From Candidatus Bathyarchaeota archaeon (GTDB lineage: Archaea > Thermoproteota > Bathyarchaeia > Bathyarchaeales > Bathycorpusculaceae): 64,000 bases of DNA. Below the pieces are notes generated by a model. The model made no database searches. It was not told the origin of the DNA and saw only the letters and a list, made by a program, of their open reading frames with translations. The translations under genes and the position numbers were made by a program. Shown here in pieces: positions 58,642-64,000 of the stretch; position 1 is the stretch's first letter, and each line of letters begins with the position of its first letter. The DNA is taken from positions 1 to 64,000 of the forward strand of contig CAWEPZ010000013.1 in NCBI GenBank assembly GCA_963811105.1, in the 5' to 3' direction.

Positions 58642-59349
58642 TTAATAAGTTGCTTCTGACATTATGCGCCTAAAAATTTCGATGCTATTCCTGAACCCAA
58701 GCTTCTTCTCACCTAACCGCTCACGATACTCAATAGGAACTTCGACAATACAAAACCCTTCGCGCTCTACATGATGATTGAGCTCAACTTCAACATCAAA
58801 GCCTCTGGACTTAACTTTCCAGTTCTTAAGAATGCTCGCACGCACTAATCGCAGCCCTGTCAGTGGATCGACCAATGAGACCCCGTTTAGAAAGTTGTGA
58901 GTAAAAGCTATAACTCGATTGCCCAAATAGAAAAAGCCGCTTAAACCTTTCAAGTCTAGGTAGCCGCTGAATCGGTTTCCGCAGACCATGCCCACTTCAG
59001 GATGATCTTCTAAAATCCGAATCATATCAGGTATATATTTTGCAGGATAGGTGTAGTCTGCATCTGTGATAACTACATAGTCAGTTGCCAAATCTCCGCG
59101 TTTAATTGCTGAGGCTAATGCATCACCTTTGCCTTGTCCATCTTGAAAAACGACTTGGGCGCCCAGATTCTTGGCGACCTCGACGGTTCTATCTGTGCTT
59201 CTGCCGTCAACAACCAAAATCTTTGGATTTTTCAAAGTTCTGTTTATCTCGGACACTGTGTGACCGATGCCTTCTTCCTCGTTCAAAGCAGCTATAATAA
59301 CCTGCACCGAAACTGAACTATGATCTCCTCTTTTCTCCACCATGACCAA
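58642..59349 (-). CDS. Glycosyltransferase family 2 (dolichol-phosphate hexosyltransferase-like)
   Basis: ALNEE, VDGRSTDRT, GKG, TDADYTY, RLGEKKL. Confidence 0.93.
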   Translation of the reverse strand: MVMVEKRGDHSSVSVQVIIAALNEEEGIGHTVSEINRTLKNPKILVVDGRSTDRTVEVAKNLGAQVVFQDGQGKGDALASAIKRGDLATDYVVITDADYTYPAKYIPDMIRILEDHPEVGMVCGNRFSGYLDLKGLSGFFYLGNRVIAFTHNFLNGVSLVDPLTGLRLVRASILKNWKVKSRGFDVEVELNHHVEREGFCIVEVPIEYRERLGEKKLGFRNSIEIFRRIMSEATY

Positions 59350-59570
59350 ACTCTTTTTAGCAACACACCGAGCTAATTCAACATTATATTTAAGGCAACA
59401 TCAAAAAACTTGGAAATATATAAAACTTTCAAATATCTATGCTTCAGTCCTGAACCATTATTCCAAATCCGTAAACGCTCTAACATCTCCAGCTTATTCT
59501 GGTTTCATCATCATTTTGGCATTTATGATACGCGCGTTAACATAGAACAAAATTAGTGAATGTGGGTCTT

Positions 59571-59990
59571 TTAATTGCGTTGTGGTTTAATGAGACTTTT
59601 TTGCTTATTCGGTTGTAATCTATATGGATGTCTGCATACTGTAGCAGGGGCTATGTCGTTTTTACATGTATAATTAAATGCTGCTATGCTGGCGGTGCTG
59701 GAAACTATCGTTCCGAGAGTTTTTCCTCTTAGAGGATAACACTCATTTTCTGCTTTTTCATCGCTGAACAGTGTCTTGTTTTGTGCCCATCTAATTCTTT
59801 TAATGAAGGATTGAACAATACATTTAGTGACTGGCATCTTTGCGTAAACATCAACAATAACAAAGTGTTTGCTTAGAAAAGGTGCTTTGAATTCAAGAAC
59901 ACTGTCGAAACGAATGCTCTCACTTGAACTAGTAACCTGTATGCGCTCTAATATTAAAGCATCGAGAAAACCGTTCAGATAGAACATCAC
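59571..59990 (-). CDS. Hypothetical protein, possibly a degenerate Mrr-like PD-(D/E)XK fragment
   Basis: FD...VIVDVY...V..CIVQSF...LGTIVS spacing recalls Mrr catalytic domains; weak. Confidence 0.3.
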   Translation of the reverse strand: MMFYLNGFLDALILERIQVTSSSESIRFDSVLEFKAPFLSKHFVIVDVYAKMPVTKCIVQSFIKRIRWAQNKTLFSDEKAENECYPLRGKTLGTIVSSTASIAAFNYTCKNDIAPATVCRHPYRLQPNKQKSLIKPQRN

Positions 59991-60010
59991 TTGAGATTGT
60001 CTTTTCCAAT

Positions 60011-60367
60011 TTACTTTTGATAAGCCTCATTTTTATTTCTAAAACACATGCTCTCAAGAAGCTGCCTCTCCCTTGTGTTCCTCTCAACCTCATCACTCAA
60101 ACGTTCAGATCGCTTTAAATAATTCTCGTAGAGCGAAAGGAACTCCACCCCTGTGCCAGTAGTCAAATAACCAGAATCAGAATCGTTTGCCAAAAGACCG
60201 CTTCCTATAAGAAGACTCAAGTACTTTTCCAATTGAATAAAACTCAAATTAGCTCCATACATAATTTTAGTCTTACGGACCTTAGCCAACGCGATAGAAA
60301 GCACCTCTCGCACAATATCTAGATTATGACGATTCTTATTCCTTGTTCTTGTATCTTTCAAGCACAA
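60011..60367 (-). CDS. Winged-helix regulator (HTH_45/DUF4364-like) with C-terminal coiled coil
   Basis: RHNLDIVREVL...KTKIMYGANLSF...YLTTGTG. Confidence 0.9.
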   Translation of the reverse strand: MCLKDTRTRNKNRHNLDIVREVLSIALAKVRKTKIMYGANLSFIQLEKYLSLLIGSGLLANDSDSGYLTTGTGVEFLSLYENYLKRSERLSDEVERNTRERQLLESMCFRNKNEAYQK

Positions 60368-60846
60368 ACACCTCAGCCTACAACTAAACTAGAAAAGAAA
60401 ACCGGAAAGACAAGCAATCTAATTTTTTCCAAAATTACAACGGTTATTTTCTACTTCGACGGAGTAACAATTCTCAATATCCTGAATATCGTAAGTCGAA
60501 AAATCGCCTTAAAATTTAACGCTTTAAATCGTTTTCGGTCAGCCTTACCCTTGTAACCGCTATATAGTCCCCCCGTGACCGGAGTAGATATATTCGAAGA
60601 TTTTCTCTGGTAATCAAGAACACCACACTCAACTGTTATAAAGTATGAAGGGCAACAAGTATAGCACTAAAGACATAGTCCAAAAGGCATACTCCTCAGG
60701 TACAGTCAACACAAAAAAACTAGTTGTTCACTTTTCTCTTCTATTAAAACCGGGTCAAAAAAACAGAAAATAAGATCGGGCTACCCCTATTCATACGTCC
60801 TGCTAGATTTAAATTTACTTTCACTGATATTGAGCATCGAGAACTC

Positions 60847-61095
60847 TTGACGATTGAAAAACTCTTCTCCATCCTCAAAGACGGAGAATGGCACAACTTA
60901 ACGCACTTATCTAGCCAAATTAGGGTGCAAACAGACAAACTGAATGAATTCTCACAGTTTCTATCCCAGCAGGGCATCATCGTTTACGAAGCTAAGACTC
61001 ACAGAATCAAAATCAAATCCGAATGGCAAGACATTGTTCCCGCAGAACCTGAGCCCACACTCACACAACAATCATCCCGCCGGAAAAAACTATGA
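60847..61095 (+). CDS. Small wHTH-like hypothetical protein
   Basis: ILKDGEWHNL..LS......KL.EF..FL...GII pattern. Confidence 0.7.
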   Translation: MTIEKLFSILKDGEWHNLTHLSSQIRVQTDKLNEFSQFLSQQGIIVYEAKTHRIKIKSEWQDIVPAEPEPTLTQQSSRRKKL

Positions 61096-61147
61096 AAGCT
61101 CAATCCAATATGATCAGCAACAAAATCTGAGAAACAGCCAAAACCGC

Positions 61148-61438
61148 TTAGAACTCGTCAGAAAAGCCAAGTTCATTCGCTTTATTAAGCACAGCCAACA
61201 AAGTCTTGCCTCGCTGAGAAATGCTGTAGCACATATTTCCCTCAGGATCCCTGGTAGCCTCAATAAAACCTTTCTTCAGGAAATCACCAAAGTACTTGTT
61301 AAAACGCACATAATTCAAATTTGCCTTGTACATTATTCGCATTTTTTTCCGAGGGGTCAAGGTCGCTTCTAAGATATCTCTAGTTATGGCTTCCCGACCA
61401 CGCTTATGCATAAGATTTTTCTCCTTAGACAAGCACAA
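61148..61438 (-). CDS. Winged-helix regulator (HTH_45/DUF4364-like)
   Basis: KRGREAITRDIL...KMRIMYKANLNY...YSISQRG; start probably TTG 61438 (same TTG-TGC-TTG as 60367) or ATG 61411. Confidence 0.88.
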   Translation of the reverse strand: MCLSKEKNLMHKRGREAITRDILEATLTPRKKMRIMYKANLNYVRFNKYFGDFLKKGFIEATRDPEGNMCYSISQRGKTLLAVLNKANELGFSDEF

Positions 61439-61833
61439 CGCAAAAAAAAACATATAAGCCATATTTCCAAAACTGTAACATATCACTTAAAAAAAATTTC
61501 AAAAGTTTGCCCATTGAATTTTCGATTTAAGTGGCCACAAATTTCTGTTATTATTGAATTAAATACATTTGATTAGTTCTTTTAGATTTCTTGCCTTCAA
61601 TTGCCTCAACCGACAAACAATTCACACGTTGATCCAAAAAAAAGCACCCTAAAAAAATTGAAAAAAACCCCGCCGAAAATCGTCAATAAAGCCAAAGCAA
61701 CAAAATTAAGTCAATGCATAACAAGAGCTAGCTTTCTTCCCTCAAAAACTAATTAGGCATCCCCCTGTTTGTTTGAGCCCTTGGTTTTGCAACGTTTAAA
61801 TTCTACTCTTTCCTTAAATTGTGAGGGATTATT

Positions 61834-63015
61834 ATGGCAAGCTCAATATCTGCTAAAGATGTTTTTACAAATGGATTTAATTCTGTTCAGGCAAATGATA
61901 CCCTTTCCAGATGTTTAGAAACATTTGAAAAAGGGATGCCGCCAGTTTTAGCCGTCCTAAATGAAAAAGGCAAATACGAAGGCATGATTAGTAAGCGCTC
62001 GATTTTAAGGTCAAGACTTGATCCAACCACAACCAAAGTGAAGACCTTAATGAAAACGGCTCCGCCAGTAACTCTTGATTATTCTCTCGGTAAAATGGCA
62101 AAGTTAATGATTGAAAGCGAGATAAGGCAGCTGCCAGTTTTTGAAAAAAACAAGATTGTTGGGTTTGTCACAGACGAAAATATTATTCATGCCGCTACGG
62201 CCCAAGAATGGGGAAACACTCCTATAGAAAAGATCATGACACGAGCGCCTCATACTCTTGAAGCGAATCGTTCAGTGGGAGCGGTTCTTAGTTTAATGAG
62301 AGAGTTTGGTATTTCTCATGTTCCAATTATTGATAGCGGAAAACTTGTAGGCATAGTTAGCATCCGAGATATTTTAGAAAACATCTATTGGCCACAGAGA
62401 CGCCAGACAACTGGAGACATAGTTGGAGAAAAAATAGAAACCTTAAGCATTCCAGTTAAAGGCATCATGGCGAGACCCATAATTTCAGTGGAACCGCAAA
62501 CAAATCTGCGTATCGCAGAGAAGCTTATGCATGACCGCGATGTTTCCTGTTTAACTATTATTTCAAACGAACGGCTAGTAGGCATTGCCACTAAGCTTGA
62601 TTTTCTTGAACCGATTTCACAGTTAGAAGTTGTTGAGCGCAAACTTTCAGTGCAGTTCGGAGTTAAAGGCGTGGATGTAAGCCCTGAACAACAAGGATTC
62701 ATGATGGAAGAGTTCGATTCCTTCACTCACAAATACCAAGAAGCTTTCCAGTTAGGAACACTCTTTGTTTATATGAAAAGCCACCGCAACACTAGCCTAA
62801 GGGGAACACCGCTGGTACATTGCCGCCTGCAATTTAGGACTGTTAGGGGAACTTTCTTTAGCGCCAGTGAAGGCTGGGGCGTTGAACCAACCTTTAGAGT
62901 GGCATTGGATAGGCTTGAGCGAAGACTGCTAAGAAGCAAAGAGATGCTCGCATATAATCCTAAATACGCGAAAGACTACTTGCGAAAGATTGGGCTACCT
63001 CAAGAAGAAATATAG
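61834..63015 (+). CDS. Four-CBS-domain protein with C-terminal HPF/RaiA-like domain (archaeal Hib-type ribosome hibernation factor candidate)
   Basis: Four CBS repeats, then ...VHCRLQFRTVRGTFFSASEGWGVEPTFRVALDRLERRL resembling the HPF C-terminal strands and helix. Confidence 0.82.
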   Translation: MASSISAKDVFTNGFNSVQANDTLSRCLETFEKGMPPVLAVLNEKGKYEGMISKRSILRSRLDPTTTKVKTLMKTAPPVTLDYSLGKMAKLMIESEIRQLPVFEKNKIVGFVTDENIIHAATAQEWGNTPIEKIMTRAPHTLEANRSVGAVLSLMREFGISHVPIIDSGKLVGIVSIRDILENIYWPQRRQTTGDIVGEKIETLSIPVKGIMARPIISVEPQTNLRIAEKLMHDRDVSCLTIISNERLVGIATKLDFLEPISQLEVVERKLSVQFGVKGVDVSPEQQGFMMEEFDSFTHKYQEAFQLGTLFVYMKSHRNTSLRGTPLVHCRLQFRTVRGTFFSASEGWGVEPTFRVALDRLERRLLRSKEMLAYNPKYAKDYLRKIGLPQEEI

Positions 63016-63313
63016 ATCTGCTTTTTTGACGTTGCTTTCAAGTCAATAAGCTGATCCCAAACTTCCCATCAATTCTACAACATTTACGCAAGTTAAATTG
63101 ACACTCTCTCCTTTCTTGCTAAGGATTAAAAAAACATCAACTCATTCGAAGAAAAAAAGACGTCAGTCTTTGTATATTTCAAACCGGTGTGTTGCCGAAT
63201 ATTACAGTTCCATGCTTGTACTTGGATTTGCTCATGCACTCCTTAGTCTTGACGGATTTTTTTGGTGTGTTTTAAGAAGCCTTTTTAAAACCTGAGCAAT
63301 CAGTTTAGAGACT

Positions 63314-63847
63314 ATGTGTTTGAGAGCCATTGCCAACATGCTAAAAGGCAGACGTTTTTGGATTTGGCAACTAGGCGGAGCAGTGATTTATGCTGTGCCT
63401 GCAGCAATAAGGCTTGCAACTGGCAGTGTTTTCTTACCCGTGTTGAGCCTGGTTGAGACTCCGTGGATCGGCCACTATATTCCCGGCAACTTGGTGGAGA
63501 AGATTCTGGTTAACGCTTTCTTCCCTGGAGCCGCAGGAGCCGTTGCGGCAGAAATCTTTTATACAAATGCGCACAGCCAAACCTTCAGTCGAAGAAACAA
63601 ATACTTGGTCAGACTTAGCGGAGCAATGCTACAGACATCTGCCTGGTCGCTGTTTCAGTTTTGGGGAAACATGCAAAACATTGCAGGTTCATGGGGCGGC
63701 AACCTCTTTGAATACCCCATGGTCTATCCCTTGAATTTCCTGCTAGCTTCACTGTCAATCTTTACCCCTGATATACTGGGCTTCGCCAAAACCAAAATGA
63801 GTAACTTATCTCGAAGACTAAAGCATCAGGAAAAATCTGAAAAGTAA
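63314..63847 (+). CDS. Hypothetical membrane protein (likely start 63338)
   Basis: Several hydrophobic segments; Trp/Gly/Pro-rich; no recognisable motif. Confidence 0.7.
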   Translation: MCLRAIANMLKGRRFWIWQLGGAVIYAVPAAIRLATGSVFLPVLSLVETPWIGHYIPGNLVEKILVNAFFPGAAGAVAAEIFYTNAHSQTFSRRNKYLVRLSGAMLQTSAWSLFQFWGNMQNIAGSWGGNLFEYPMVYPLNFLLASLSIFTPDILGFAKTKMSNLSRRLKHQEKSEK

Positions 63848-63909
63848 CAATGCCTTTACCCAGAAAAAAAATGAATCCGCATTTTAGGTTAAGCTAGCTT
63901 TTGGGTTTT

Positions 63910-63999
63910 CTATTTGGTTCTTATTTTGTAGTCTGCTTCGAAAGTTCTTGGGTTAATCTGCCTCGTTTTCCCAACTTTCAACTCAGCCTTGCCAGTTAA
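63910..63999 (-). CDS. 3' end of a gene entering from beyond the window (...LTGKAELKVGKTRQINPRTFEADYKIRTK*)
   Basis: Open frame from the window edge to TAG at 63910-63912, converging on the previous gene. Confidence 0.35.
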   Translation of the reverse strand, partial: LTGKAELKVGKTRQINPRTFEADYKIRTK

Positions 64000-64000
64000 G

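Noticed and set aside
1-64000. tRNA, rRNA, integrase, transposase or IS ends
   Set aside because: None recognised on either strand by eye; a covariance-model or IS search would be needed to exclude small elements.

Overview
Archaeal genomic window; gene content and protein styles suggest Bathyarchaeia, which is an inference. About 0.2-4.0 kb is a partly decayed cluster of toxin-antitoxin modules: VapBC/AbrB, DUF2283/DUF4258, UPF0175/DUF3368 and HEPN-MNT. About 5-60 kb is a large cell-surface glycan locus with a flippase, many GT2/GT4 glycosyltransferases, DUF2206, a GT-C-like membrane protein, a polysaccharide deacetylase and a WbpB/WbpE/WbpD-like sugar-nucleotide trio. Nested inside it are secreted glycan-active proteins: a membrane-anchored propeller-GH13 enzyme, two GH5 paralogues and two paralogous giant surface proteins. 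Protein 1 (31578-18596, about 4,300 aa once three single-base frameshifts are bridged) has a stalk of 33 DUF5011-type Ig repeats. Protein 2 (45113-39463, about 1,880 aa) lacks the stalk and carries a circularly permuted CE4 deacetylase plus a PHP domain. Both end in a near-identical six-bladed PLL-like propeller, and both have the same palindrome GGAATA-C-T(A/G)TTCC beside a TATA-like box upstream. A wHTH regulator promoter and 5' end has been captured in frame by a GT4 operon. The window ends with more wHTH genes and a CBS-HPF ribosome-hibernation-type protein. I saw no tRNA, rRNA, CRISPR array or transposase. At least eight genes or gene junctions carry single-base frameshifts, probably mostly sequencing errors.
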